The translations under genes and the position numbers were made by a program. A DNA stretch of 64,000 nt from Eledone cirrhosa (taxonomy: Eukaryota), in NCBI GenBank assembly GCA_964016885.1, contig OZ024742.1:234484001-234548000 (forward strand). The letters are read 5' to 3'. Shown in pieces: positions 1 to 12,969 of this stretch (its first letter is position 1; every line of letters begins with the position of its first letter). The notes under the pieces are model-generated. The model had not been told where the DNA came from. It made no database searches and was given only the letters and a program-made list of their open reading frames with translations.

Positions 1-41
1 AGTTAGTAACATAAAATTAGTTGTCTCATAATACCATATCT

Positions 42-345
42 ATTCTTAGTGGTTAATACGTTGAACTCATGAGTGTAAAGTTCTAAGTTCGATTCCCAGC
101 TGCATAAAGCTGTGCCCTTGGGCAAGACATCTTATTTAACATTGCTCCAGTTCATTCAGCTGGAAAAAATGAGTTGTACCTGTAATTCAAACAGCAAGCT
201 CTGTCACATCTTGTGTCACACTGAATTAGCCTGAGAACTACATTGAGAGTACACATGTTAGTGGAATGTTCAGCCACTTATATGTTAATTTCACTAGCAG
301 GCTGTTACATTGATCAAATCAACTGGAACACATATTGTTGGAACT
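42..345 (+). mobile_element. Old tRNA-headed CORE-type SINE (non-RTE tail subfamily)
   Basis: A-box-like TTAGTGGTTA, B-box GTTCGATTCC, then cccttgggcaagaca...ttgctccagttcattcagctg, resembling the MIR/CORE domain. Related copies at ~35260-35555 (+) and ~19270-19560 (-). Confidence 0.65.
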
Positions 346-1396
346 TTCAGGTATTTAACCTCTAAAATGCTGGCAATAAGGTATAAACCATTGACCACAC
401 AACAAATAAGGATTGCTTTTTACTTGGACAGCTGTATGTCACTTTTTTTCTTTCTTTCTGGAGATTAACCTTTTTTAACCATATTTTTTAATGAAATACA
501 CTGCATTTTAATTAATTAGGAAATAATTTACTAAAATTATTAATTATTTCATTATTTGTAATAAAACTTAAAAGATTCTTATATAAAATTATGTTGGAAG
601 ATTACCAAAAAACCATCTAGATGGTCACTCAACCAGTTAGAATTACGGGCCCATTCCCAAGGGGGTGCACTGGATAGTTCTGTCCTCTCTACTTTTCAAA
701 TTTAAAAACATTTATAGTGATAAGCTGATTCTGAAACTTCACCTTAGAATTATTGTGAATTAGCATGTCACCCAGAATATTCTGAAGCCCCCTCCCCACC
801 ACCAAAGCCTAGCATCAGGCTTGTAGAAATAACAACCAAATATCATGCTATATTATGTTAAGAAAAAGGACACAAATGTAATCCTAGATACACTATGCCT
901 GAAAAAAAACAACAAAAATAAAACAAACTAACAACAACAGAAGACTAGATTATCACACCTGGAATATCTTTAATCAGGGCCAGCTTAATCAGGGTCTACC
1001 TGGGACTAGACAACTACAACAGATTGGAACTTGACTCAAGTCTTTATGCATTCAGACATATTGCACACTCTAAGCTATTATGACATATATTTTGTGATCA
1101 AATTATTAATGTGCTTCAGTTATATATTATTTTTGTTAAACTTAGTAGATTGGTGGAGTCAGTGTTTAGTTCTGTGCTCCTTTATTCAGGATTCTAAGTT
1201 TCAATTCTGCCTAGATTAACTTAGTCTTTTATGCCTCGGCTGTCAATAAAATAAGTACCATTCATATATTGGGTTGATCTTGTCAACTTCCAATCTATGA
1301 CCTTAGACCAAATATGTTGTTTATCCATTTGACTGCACCACTTCTCCCTTCCCATACAAAATAATCTAACTTGCTTATTTTACTCTTTTATTCCAG

Positions 1397-1489
1397 TCTG
1401 CCAACCTTAGCAGGAAGAAGATAATCCACTACACCAGTTTAGATGGCCGTAAGAGAGTGAATGCTGCATTTTTGATTGGATCTTATGCG
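1397..1489 (+). CDS. CDC14: CDC14 phosphatase, internal coding exon ([31 protein letters not shown])
   Basis: ttccag acceptor and GTAAG donor; 93 nt, phase 0/0. The translation matches the CDC14 N-terminal DSPn motif KKIxHYT...NAAFLIG.YA. Confidence 0.95.
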
Positions 1490-2920
1490 GTAAGACTTAC
1501 TTCTGATTAAGTTTGTTTTTTCATTTGCTAGGTCTAGAGGATGGGCAAGTGCTCATGGCTTTTTCAGGACCTCCAAGACTCATGTTTTAATGTTGTTGAT
1601 CTTCCACATAAACTGATACATTTCAATGCCTGTAAGAAAGATGTGAGCAAGGTGAGAATTCTAGGTCAACATTCTAGACAGGAAGGACTGAATGTAGTTG
1701 TTAGTACAGGGTCTGCATGGTTGGACACAACATGGGTGATGAGAGGAGAGACAAAGAAATCAAGACTGTCTAGTTGGAGGTGACTTGAGGCCAGCTTGCT
1801 TCAAGATGCAGAGGCCATTGTGGTAGCAACCGAAATGGCAGAGAGAGGAGACTGAACATCTGTGGATCAGAGGCTGGAATGTGCTGTGAGTGTTAGACAG
1901 AAAATAGAAAAGGAGACAAGGAGAAAGATAATGAGGGTAAAAGTAGAGTAGATGAGAGAGAGGGTTGTTACTCCAGTTGAGTTGATGTTTCTCGTCAACA
2001 TTGTTCAACTTAGAGAATGACTTGTGGTTGGAGTGGAACAGATTCCTTAGAGGTGAAGTCTGCATCTGCATGAAAAGCATATAAAGTGGCGAGTTAACAT
2101 ACTTTATGTTGTGAACCTAAAAAGATGTGCAATTAATTAAGATTGCACAGGTAGTGAATAGAAATAACAGTTAATTCTGATCAAAACCTGAATTGGTATG
2201 GTATGTTGGTAAGGAGAAAATACTTTTAGTTTATGTCTAAGATTATTTTCATTTATTTGGCAAATATAGAAGACAACTTTGAACATATTTTGACATGTTA
2301 TGGCACTGTCATTGAAGCATAGACTTCAATTTAGCTGATGAGGTTAGAATTGTCTTCTATATTTTCTGTAAAAATGAAAATAATATTAATTATTGACTAA
2401 TATTGGTTTTCCTCACTGCAAATTTCATTTCTAGTTAGCTTATAAATGGACCATGCATGAAATATATTAATAATTTAACTATTATTTATCATGTTGATAG
2501 GTCTCTGAATTATTTAATATTATTCAAATAACTAGTATTTCACTTCAGAATAACTAATATTTCACTACAGAAGCAAAATATTTAAGTGAATAATATACCT
2601 ACTGTCAGCATTTATTATTTATTATTTTTCCTTGTCTCACTTCCTATTATCCCTATTATATATATATATATATGTGTGTCTGATGGTAGCTAAGATGCTT
2701 CCATAGGCGGTATGCTGGTTGAGCACTCTATTCTCTTACAGAGCAGAGTATGATAGAATAGAAAATGAAAAATCAGTGATGCATCTGAACTCAATTTATT
2801 GTGTGTTACAATTGTTTCGCTGGCGGACAGCTCGAGACGCGATCATTGTGTGGATCATTGTCTGATTCTGGACCCGCAGGTTCGACGAACACGTCTAATG
2901 ATTTCGGAGCATATTCTCTC

Positions 2921-3263
2921 AGGCACATGGCTTAGTGGTTAGAGCATTGGCCTTGCAATCGAAAGGTTGTGAGTTCAATTCTCAGACCGGGTGATGTGTT
3001 GTTTCCTTGAGCAAGACACTTTATTTCACATTGCTCCAGTTTACTCAGCTGTAGAAATGAGATGATAGGGACTGGGGTCCATATCATTCTACTGCGAAGT
3101 GGTCGTGGAGGTGCCACAGCAAAAAAAAGCACCCAGCACTCACTGTAAATGAGGTTGGTGTTAGGAAGGGCATCCAGCTGTAGAAATCAAGCCAGAATCA
3201 GTTCCCGTCTCACCCTTGCAAGCAGGGAAAAGCGGACTTAAAAATGATGATGATGATGATGAT
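2921..3263 (+). mobile_element. Young tRNA/CORE/RTE-tail SINE, copy 1
   Basis: A box TGGCTTAGTGG, B box GAGTTCAATTC, CORE-like TCCTTGAGCAAGACACTT...CAGTTTACTCAGCTGTAGAAATG. The 3' end CCCTTGCAAGCAGGGAAAAGCGGAC+(GAT)n is shared with the RTE LINE at 4861-8140. Confidence 0.9.
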
Positions 3264-4860
3264 GTGTCTTTGGGTGTGTCTATAATTGTGTGTGTGCTAT
3301 GTGTAGAGGAGAGGGGAGATTATTCCAAAGTATCATATTTTGTCTCCTATCTATCTAGTGCTAACTATACACTGGCCCCCAAAGAGTTTTTGAGATTCAA
3401 CAAACATGCCTCCCCCTTTTTAAAAAAATATAATTTAGTATTAACCAATTATTCAATTAAATCTTTTATAAAGGTTTTAATTTTGTTCAAAATGGAAATA
3501 CATGCCAACAGACTGCAGGGTTTTTGAGGAAATATTTAGGCATATGTATTGGTTGAAAAAAAGTAAAAACTGTATTTTTTGAAATAAACATATCAAGATA
3601 GCTTTTAGTTGCTTTTGAGCCAAAATTAAAATATTGATAATGTACGTCTTGTACTTAACATTTTCTCAAGAGTTTTCTTCTTAAACAAATGTCATTGGAT
3701 TGGCATTTTAGTGTAGCAGATAGATTTCTGAATACTTCTATTTATGCTAAATGTTATGTAACAAAACGAAAGTAATGAAACTGATAAGCTAAATATTTAT
3801 TTCACATAAAGGTGATATGAATAGAAGATGAATAGAAGATAATGATGAATGATAACTAACAGGAATCTTTTACATAATTTACACATATCAAAACATACTT
3901 AGTTTTACTAAAACTCAAATTTTGCACATTATTATTATTACAAAGAGCCATTCCAATCTGAAAACCAGAAGCTTTGATGCAGAGACAGAGAGCCAGTCAC
4001 ATGCCACACACCTACGCCACCACCACAACCAAAACCACTACCACTACCACCACCACTGCTACAACCCCCACCCCACCGTAACAAGAGCCAAACTTGGAAG
4101 CATGCAAAAGCAACAAATTTGACAGCCTGTTGTAGCGCTCAGCAAAAAGGAAGAGTGCTGTGGAAAATTAATAATAGTAGCTCAGATAGTATCAGCAGAG
4201 AGTGGTTGTGCAGGAGACAAATCATTTGGTTTCAATGGTCTACCCTATATGGCCTTTATGGAGACATTCCAGATTTGATTGCCCCTCTATTTGCAGATGT
4301 CTATAACAACTGGCAACAGACTAGGAGCATTCTCTGGGACAAATGAATAGCAAATAGTAGTAAAACAGGAAGGGCATCATTAATAATTTCTGGCCTATAA
4401 CTCTGCTGAACATACATACAAGCTCAATAAGTAATGTATATATACACACATATGTACCCACACCACCTAGACACCCTTTGATTCCACAGTACTCATCGAA
4501 ATTTAAAATATTAAAATAAAATAAAGATTATTAATCCACTCATAGTTTAAAGTATTTTAAATACTTAGCACAACAAACAGTAACGGCTACAAAAAATTGT
4601 AATTTACAAACACTAGCATACATACAAATATAATAAGTGTCATATACACCTATCTTCACACCCACAACTTCCACACACACATGCATTTAACTCCTTAATA
4701 TCAGAACTATTTTAATAAAAATGTGGTTGTTTTAATCAAATGCCTATAATTTAAGGTAATTTAAGTGTTAGCTTAGCTACCCATAACATACCCCAAGTGT
4801 CATGTACTGTACTCTGTTGAATAATGGTCTAACTAGTTTTAAATTATCCTGATATATATA

Positions 4861-7800
4861 TCATCATCATCATCATCATCATTTTACGTCCGCTTTTCCC
4901 TGCTTACAAGGGTGGGACGGGTCTTATTCAGCACAGCATCTCTCCACTCGTCACGGTCCCTCGTCATCTCCACCGTGAGCTTCAATGATCTGAGGTCAGT
5001 TCTCACCACCTCCACCCATGTTTTTCGTGGTCTACCTCTACCACGTCTTCCTTCAACTGGCAATTCTTCACCCATCGGTCATCCTCCATGTGCATCACAT
5101 GTCCATACCACCTCAGTCTCCTCTCCCGTACACTACATTCTATCCCTCTCAGACACAGTTTCTCTCTCAACACATTTATGCTGGGTCGTTCACGCACATT
5201 TACACTGCACATCCAACGGAGCATGCTTGCCTCATTTCTCTCCAGCCGTCGCATATCCTCTGCAGTTGCTGCCCATGTCTCACTACCATGCAGCATCGCG
5301 CTCCTCACACAGGCACCATACAACCGGCCGGGAGAAACCCTTCTTCGTCAACAGAGGAAGCAGCTCCCTAAACTTCTTCCAACCCGTCCTTATTCTAGAT
5401 ACTATGGCCTCGGAACACCCTCCTCCCATGCTAATCTGATCTCCTAGGTACCGGAAGCTATCCACCACTTCTATAGCGCCCTCCTGCATTTGAAAAATGT
5501 GTCTATCAATGTGACTTCTACTGTCTAATTTCCCTGTACATCTACTGCATACATATTTCTCCCTACCTGTTAGTTTTCCTGCTATCCCGCTACATCTCTT
5601 GTGTACCCAGGATCTGCATTGTGTGCATTTTATAGAATTTATGCCAGTTCCTTTTCTGCATATCGAACATGGCCATTTCCCTGACGGAATCAGGGTTTTG
5701 TCCTCTTTTCTACTCATCAACACTTTTGTCTTAGCTAGATTCACTCTCAGTCCTCTTGCTTCCAACTGCTGTTTCCATAGCCAGAATTTATTCTCTAGCT
5801 CCTCTACTGATTCTGCTATAAGAACCAGATTGTCAGCATAGAGAAGTTCCCATGGACAGCCAGTCTTAAACTCCCCTGTTATGGCTTGGAGGACTATAAT
5901 GAACAAGAGCGGGCTGAGGACCGAACTCTGATGTACTCCTACTTGTATCTGGAATTCCTCACTAAACTCCATTCCTACCCTGACTTTACTGAGAGTACCT
6001 CTGTACAAAGTTTGCACTGTCCTCACAAGCCATTCCTCAACACCTAGCTTCCTTAAGGACCACCAGATGACAGATCGGGGTACCCTATCAAAGGCCTTCT
6101 CTAGGTCAACAAAGGCTAAGTATAGTGGCTTATTCTTCTCTAAGAACCTCTCTTGCAATTGTCTCACCAAGAAGAGGGCATCTGTTGTACTCTTCCCAGG
6201 CACAAAACCAAACTGCATCTCATCTAGTTTGACCCTTTCTCTAATTAGTTGTGCTAAAATCCTTTCTGCCACTTTCATAACCTGATCTATCAGCTTTATA
6301 CCCCTATAATTGCTCCTCTCCAAAGCATCCCCTTTACCTTTGTAGCAATTTATGAGAATACTGCTGCACCAGTCTTTGGGTATGACACCACCATATATAG
6401 CCTGATTGATGATGCGTGCAACCAGTTTAGTGCCTACGTCCCCTGATGCCTTCAGCATCTCAGCAACTATTCCGGATGGTCTGGCAGCCTTACCATTTTT
6501 CATTTCCCTAATCGCCTCTTGGACCCTATATTCGTCAATCTCAATAGCTGGTCCCTCTGTCGGATCTACCAAGGGTAATTTCTCTCTCTCCCATTCGTTC
6601 TCCACATTCATCAGTCTCTCATAATGACATTTCCAGGCCTCCTTTTTCTGATCATTCATGACACTAAGCACACCGGCATCATCCCGGACACATTTATCTC
6701 CAACAACATCCTGATTTGCATTGACACACTGCCTTGCAATGTGGAACACCGCACGCCTCTGATCTTCCCGTCGCAGAACATTGGCAAACCTCCTACTCTC
6801 TGCCTCCCTGCGTGCTAAGTACACCTGACATCTAGCTTCTCTCTTAGTGGCTGTATATTCTTCCCTACTCCCACCCTTTTTCCAAGCCTTCCATGCTAGT
6901 CTTTTGTCTCTAATAGCCTTATCTACTGTGGCTGTTCCACCACCAGGTCACTCTCTGTCTGGTTGGAGCTCTGCTCCAGCCACAGGTTTCATCAGTGGCC
7001 TACAGCAAGTTGTCACGTAAGAAATTCCAGTTATTATCTATGTCATACGTCTCTAAATCGTCGTCTTTTTTGTCATATACATCTTGAAGGGCTTTCCTAA
7101 ATTAGTATTTTAGTGAAAGGTCTTTTAGCTTCCAGACCTTTCTTCTCCACACCTTCCTATATGTCTCATTCCATCTCTTGCTTACAGAGATATCACTAAC
7201 AACTAACCTATGCTGTGGGGTACATTCTTCCCCAGGGTATGCCTTGGTATTAGACACTATCTGCCTGTCCCGCTGCCTAACTAGTAAGAAGTCAATCTGG
7301 CTTATGTGCTCACCAGATTTGTAAGTTATTAGGTGATTGGCAGGTTTCTGGAAGTTTGTGTTGCAAATAGTCAATGTACTCGCATCACAAAATTCAAGAA
7401 GTCTCACTCCTTCTTCATTTCTTGAACCGTAACCGTGCCCACCATGTACCCCAGTGTAACCATCCTGGAGCTGTCCAACATGACCTTTGAAGTCTCCTGC
7501 TAGCATAACGATGTCTCCGTCCTCTGTCATTGCAGTTGTTTGCAAAAGTTGCTCATAAAAGCAGTCTTTCTCATCTTTGCCTAGGCCTGCTTGGGGAGCA
7601 TAGGCTGAGATGATTGTCAGTAGTCTCCTACCTACAACTAATCTAAGCTTAATTATTCGATTACTAACTCGAACTACCTCTATTGTCTTATTGATCCATT
7701 TCTCAGCCAGGAAAATGCCTACTCCCCCTAACCCATCATCCTTACCTACCCAGAATAGCTTATAGCTAAGACGCTTGCTTACGACTAGTCTCGCAGAGGC

Positions 7801-8140
7801 ACCTCTCCATCTCACCTCTTGCATGCAGCACACATCCACCTGCCTTCTCTCCAGCATCTCCGCTATTTCAGCAGATCTACCTCTGAGAGTGCCAACATTA
7901 AGTGTTGCAACTCTGAGATGCGACGTCTTCATATTTTGTTGTTGTTCCTATTTGTTGCTGTGCTGATAAGCTTTTTGGCATTGATACACTGGTTGGATGC
8001 CCTTCCTAACACCAGCGCCACTTTACAGCATGGACTGGGTGCTTTTATTTGTGCCACCAGCACTAGAGAGGATGTCTTACTAGACTCAAGGGCCCTCTCT
8101 ACCCCTCCATTTTACAGCATGGTCATTAAAAAAAAAAAAA
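4861..8140 (-). mobile_element. Near full-length RTE-clade LINE (AP endonuclease + RT + PHD-like finger), inactivated
   Basis: ORF 7102-7932 is an APE (TLNVGTL, QEVRW, SAYAPQ, GDFKGH, IDFLL). ORF 5283-6824 is an RT (NYRGIKL, QFGF, FVDLEKAFD, YADN). The C-terminal RRLRWYGHV...GRGRPRKTW segment is in shifted frames. (GAT)n tail at 4861-4882. A stop, frameshifts and YADD>YADN are present. Confidence 0.95.
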
Positions 8141-9229
8141 AAAAAACTTATTGACACGACGTACACACACACACACACACACCAACACTCATGCATACAA
8201 ACCACAACCACACACACGCCACTCACATACCAACACTCATTCATGCATACAATCACACACACCACTCACAAACATACATATATATATATATATTACCGAC
8301 AGTACTGATACAAATACAAAATCAAAATCATGTCAACTGTTGACCTTTCCCAGTCCAGTTCAGCTTGTATATAATAATAATAATAATTGTTTGCTTTACG
8401 CTGGTAATGGCGGTGGTGGTGGTGGATGGTGTCAGTGTGGTGGTGGTGGATGGTCAGTGATGGTGGTGGTGGATGGTCAGTGATGGTGGTGGCAGTTGTT
8501 GGTGCTGTAGTTGTTATTGCAGTTGCTGCTGCTGTTAGCCAAAGCCAAGGCATTCAAACCTTATCTTGATTTATGGGTTCATTTATTGTTATGATCTTTT
8601 GACTATTCCTCATGCTCTGGTAATAAAACAATTATGTTCGTAGTGTATTTCAGTGTTTTGATTAATAGAAAGTTTTTTTCCTTTGTTATGTTTAGTGATG
8701 TAGTGTAGCCAGATATCTTCTAAAGGTGTTCTTGAGTTTAATGTATTGTGTCATCTAATTGTTCGTATTTGGAGCCATTTTGGTAACATTACGATATAAA
8801 CAATATGGGTAGTAGTGTTTCAGTACATTTATAACTAAGTTGTGTATGCTCTAGTGGGAAGAATATTTATTTAGTTATGAGTGTGAGACTTAGACTATTA
8901 GATAAGTAAACGTGTAAATATGTAGAGTGCATGTGAAGTGTTGAATAGATTAGGAGTAATATACATATTGATGTTCACACCTACCTTTATATATTGAGAC
9001 ACACAGTAGTTATGGAGTTTAAGTTGTAAATAGAAGTAAAAGTAGAAATTAGGGATGAGAGGGTAAAGATTACAAATTTCAAGAGTCCTTATCAAATGAA
9101 TAAATGCATGAATAAGCTGATAATTGGTTATATACATGAATATTATGCATATCATGCTTAATGTATAATTATGGTCAATGGTGCAATCATGAAAAGGTGG
9201 AGTTGTAAACTCTAAACTAAATGAGATCT

Positions 9230-9620
9230 AGCAATTTCAGTCTGCAATTATAATAGTTTATCTTTTGGTGTTCAAACAAACATTTGGCTCTAGCGATTTT
9301 TTATTTTTTTTCCAAATAAGCCACCTTTCTGTGTTGCAGAACACACATCTTCTGGTTCCATTGATATCTGCTCTGCTTTTTTATGCAATCCTCCACTTGA
9401 TGTTATAGTCTATAGAGTTTTCTTTCAATTCCCAAGCATAATAGTTTCTTTTATCCTGGTAACCAAAATGACACTGGATTTATTATACATTTGCTTGAAT
9501 TGCTGCTCTGTATGCCCAATATATTGCTTTAGGTTGGTGGTATGGGTGGGGTTAATTGACTTGACTATTGACTCATAAATGATAGTCTCTGTTTCAAGAT
9601 TCCTAATTATTTTCAAAATT
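9230..9620 (-). mobile_element. Penelope-like element remnant (GIY-YIG endonuclease)
   Basis: Minus translation IIYESIV...KQYIGHTEQQFKQ, followed by IDYNIKWRI...RRCVFCNTE and LNTK, which is the pattern of the C-terminal GIY-YIG domain of PLEs. Degenerate. Confidence 0.7.
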
Positions 9621-9812
9621 AATTGAAAACCACTGACAGAAATATGATAAAAAAAGAGTTAACACTAATGATTTCTCTTCATTATAATTATAGTGTAATT
9701 TTAATTAATCAAAACGATATTTATACTTACAACATTATGTTTGTTACTTATCTAACTATTTTTGTTTGTAATCCATATACTCATTTTTTCCTTTAATCTA
9801 TCTTAATTTTAG

Positions 9813-9895
9813 ATCATATACTTGAAGATGACTCCAGAAGAAGCATATCAACCATTAGTAAGCAACAGTTCAAATCCTGCATTTATTTCATTCAG
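9813..9895 (+). CDS. CDC14: CDC14 coding exon (IIYLKMTPEEAYQPLVSNSSNPAFISFR)
   Basis: ttttag acceptor and GTATG donor; 83 nt, phase 0/2. It continues the frame of the previous exon and carries the TPEEAY...FR motif. Confidence 0.95.
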
Positions 9896-9903
9896 GTATG
9901 TCC

Positions 9904-10922
9904 CTGTGAAAATATTTGAATATAAGCTAAGGAATATATGGCAAAAAATCGATAGTAAAATGGGGAATGGAGGGAGTCCGCTTATATTTGGGGTCAATAA
10001 TTTGACGATTTTCACCAACTTCAAATTCTACGAAAATAAGGTACTAAAATATCTGGAGTGATTATTTTACAATGAAACACTGTTTTTCTACATTTACTAT
10101 ATCATCATGAGTTTTCTTTATGCATTGAGAACATTTGTAACAAATTTTTATTATTTGAACTTTATACACATACATGCACACACATGGGTGTTTTACTCAG
10201 TGTCGTAATTATATTTTTTCTTTCAATCTTGTTTTGTTTTATTTTACTCTCTCTCTCTCTCCCTCCCCCCCTCTCTCTCTCTCTCTCACCCCCTCTCTCT
10301 CACCCCCTCTCTCTCTGTCCCTCTCTATCTCTCTCCCTCCTATTGTTCTCACTCTCTCTTTTTATTGCTCTACTGCACTTCTCTCTCACTTGCTGCCTCT
10401 TCCTCTCCCTTCTACTCTCAATCCTTATACAGTGTTTTCTTAGTTGATCTCTTTCAACTATTTCCTAGTCATTTCAATCCGCCTTTAGTGTTTTTAATGA
10501 TCTCCATAACACTTAAAGAAAATCTTTTTTTTTTAAATAACACCTTAAACTTAAAATATATCTCCATTTCTCCATATTAGAATTTTCTCATGATTTATTA
10601 TTTGTTAAGTATAAAAAATTAAAATTTTCTAAAAATGTGAGAAGAGGTTTTCTTATTTTTACATGGGGCTTTTGTCCTTACCACAGAGTGATTATCTTGC
10701 ATGTGTAAACTTTATAAAAAGGTTGAAATGGTAAAAAAGTCATTACGTACTGAATCTGTAAAACAAAAACTATACTCTAAACATTTTAAATATAAAAGCA
10801 TTAAAACTTTGTAAATATTTTCTTCATACATTATGTGCCATAATGTATTGATTAGGCTGCTTTGGCTTATAAACAGGGGTTGGCTTATATTTGAATCAGC
10901 TTATATTTAAGTATATACAGTA
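9904..10922. mobile_element. Degenerate pogo/Tigger-like MITE with an internal CT microsatellite
   Basis: The left end ctgtgaaaatatttgaatataagct is an imperfect inverted match to the right end agcttatatttaagtatatacagta. Internal repeated GCTTATATTTG motifs. Confidence 0.5.
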
Positions 10923-11360
10923 ATTAACAAAAGCATTTGAGGGATTTACTAAAATTAATAATAATTGTTTCTACTTTTGGCACAAGGCCAGCAATTTGAA
11001 GGGAAAGGAAAAGTTGATTAAATCAACCTAAGTGCATTACTGGTACTTTATTTTATTGACCCTATAAGGATGAATCCTTGCTAGCAGGGAAATGATGATG
11101 ATGATATGTTTTCTTTAAAAAAATCTCACTCTGAAGTGTTGAGTAAATTGAAAGGCTTATTGTTTGGTAAAAGAAGAAATGTGTAGTTATTTTTTATAAT
11201 TCTTTCAATTAACAAGGAAAGCAGCCATGTACATTAATTGTAATTCAATAATATTAGTCATTTTTGCTGATTTAATATGACACTTTTTTTTTTTTGCCTT
11301 GAATAAATATAATTATTCTTGCATATTTACCCTTTTTTCTCAATTCTTTATCTTTTTCAG

Positions 11361-11427
11361 AGATGCTTCCTTTGGATCAAATACTTTTGATCTCCATATA
11401 CTTGACTGTCTTCATGCTGTTAGTAAG
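11361..11427 (+). CDS. CDC14: CDC14 coding exon (R-DASFGSNTFDLHILDCLHAVSK)
   Basis: tttcag acceptor and GTAAT donor; 67 nt, phase 2/0. The FRDAS motif is formed across the junction. Confidence 0.95.
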
Positions 11428-11869
11428 GTAATGTATGATAATTTCTATTTATGCAGATTGTAATTACACATTATAACCTTAATCATCAATGTTGTCATCA
11501 CAATCTTTTCAAATGTCTTTTTTGCCACATAGATTGATTCAATTAAAATGCTGTGTGACTATTTACATGAACAAATTTCAGATTGACCTATTTTAAAAAT
11601 ATTTTAATTTTTATCTATTATTTAATCTTACTCTAAAAGTAAAAAGAACTTATTAAATTCCTCTAGATTAAGAGATAATAATAATAGTGTATGGTTTGTT
11701 TGTTTAATATGGTCAGGATTTAATTTTAGTGGTCTGAACTTGCAGAAAGAAGTAAATGCCAGCCAGAAAATGTGCAGTTTTAGGTAGTAGAGACTGAAGA
11801 AAAGTATTTAAAATACTGAGTAGTGAAGACCAAGAAATATTGGAAGAAAAAAGACACAAGATAAAAAAA

Positions 11870-12255
11870 AAATAATCATATGTGCAATGCTGCAAAGTAT
11901 ATGCAAAGACTGGAGAGAAATGAAACAAGCATGCGCCAATGGATGTGCAATGTTAATATGCATAAATGACAAAGCATGAACAGGCTGGGAGCAAAGCTGG
12001 GTAAAAGAGGAATCAGATGTAATGTGCAAGAAAGAAGACTGCACTGGTATGGTGCATATGGATGATGATCCTTGGGTGAAGAAATGCCAAGAAATTCCAG
12101 TGGAAGGAAACTGCAGTAGAGGGAGACTAAAGAAAACCCAGGCAGATATGGTGAGAGCTGATCTCAAATTGCTGAAGCTCACAAGAAAGATAACAAAGGA
12201 CTGTGACAAGTGGAGGGATGCTATGCTAGAAAAGACCCATCCGACCCATGCAAAA
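11870..12255 (+). mobile_element. RTE LINE 3' fragment
   Basis: HMDDDPWVKKCQEIPVEGNCSRGRLKKT...WRDAMLEKTHPTHA, homologous to the C-terminus of the 4861-8140 element. Confidence 0.85.
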
Positions 12256-12261
12256 CTATCT

Positions 12262-12432
12262 AAGGATGAACCTAAGGGATTATATTGTTCAAATGGTAAA
12301 GTTAAATTGAATTTGATTGAAAGACCACCTGAACTTTTAAATATACTAATACTGGGGGAAACTCAGAGTTCCAAAAAGTTCTTTAAAAATATAAAAAAAT
12401 ATAATGAATTGTTTTCAATGACATTCTTTGTA
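12262..12432 (+). mobile_element. Helitron RepHel N-terminal fragment
   Basis: GLYCSNGKVKLNLIERPPELLNILILGETQSSKKFFKNIKKYNELFSMTFF fits the Helitron CC..GKV.L...PP..L......SK.F..NIR.YN..F.MTSF pattern. Confidence 0.65.
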
Positions 12433-12969
12433 GTCAGTGAATCAATATCTCTACCAGATCATTGTATTGCTATTTTCTGGTAGAGATATTGATTCTAGTT
12501 ATTCATTCTATCAATGTCTTTAAGATAGTGGCTGTATATTATTTGAATTGTACCAATTACAAATAGGATGACAGTCACATTCCTTAACAGCCTTAATATT
12601 TTTAATTCAACAACTAGGTTGATGTAATTCCTTAGCTTTTCAACTTGCTTCTACACATTCTATTGTCATTTTGTATTGCTATGTGAATAATTAATATGTT
12701 ATTGTCATTTTTATGATGGAAAATTATGTCAGTCTTATTACCTTATATCTGGTGGTCTGCTTGTATGCTAAAGTAGTTCCATAGTATTTTCACATTGTCA
12801 TTGTCTCAGGCAGGTGAAGGTCAATATGGGTACCACATAACTTTTTCTAAAAGACATTGAAATTGGGTGATTAAGTGTATGAAGAGCAGCATTTCTACAT
12901 CATTGTGTCTCAGTGACCCCTCATCTGGTACTCATCATCATCACCATCGCCTTATTATTATCATTATTA

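Noticed and set aside
1600-2130. Possible CR1/L2-type LINE remnants (also ~32430-32830 and ~63420-63640) and a Tx1-like scrap at ~4200-4410
   Set aside because: Too degenerate to support a family call by eye, so they are not listed as features.
2921-2995. tRNA gene
   Set aside because: The A/B boxes are SINE heads fused to CORE and RTE-tail sequence in four copies. There is no proper acceptor stem.
4861-8140. Active autonomous LINE
   Set aside because: It has a stop after the endonuclease, frameshifts near 6830-7100 and 5330, and YADD changed to YADN.
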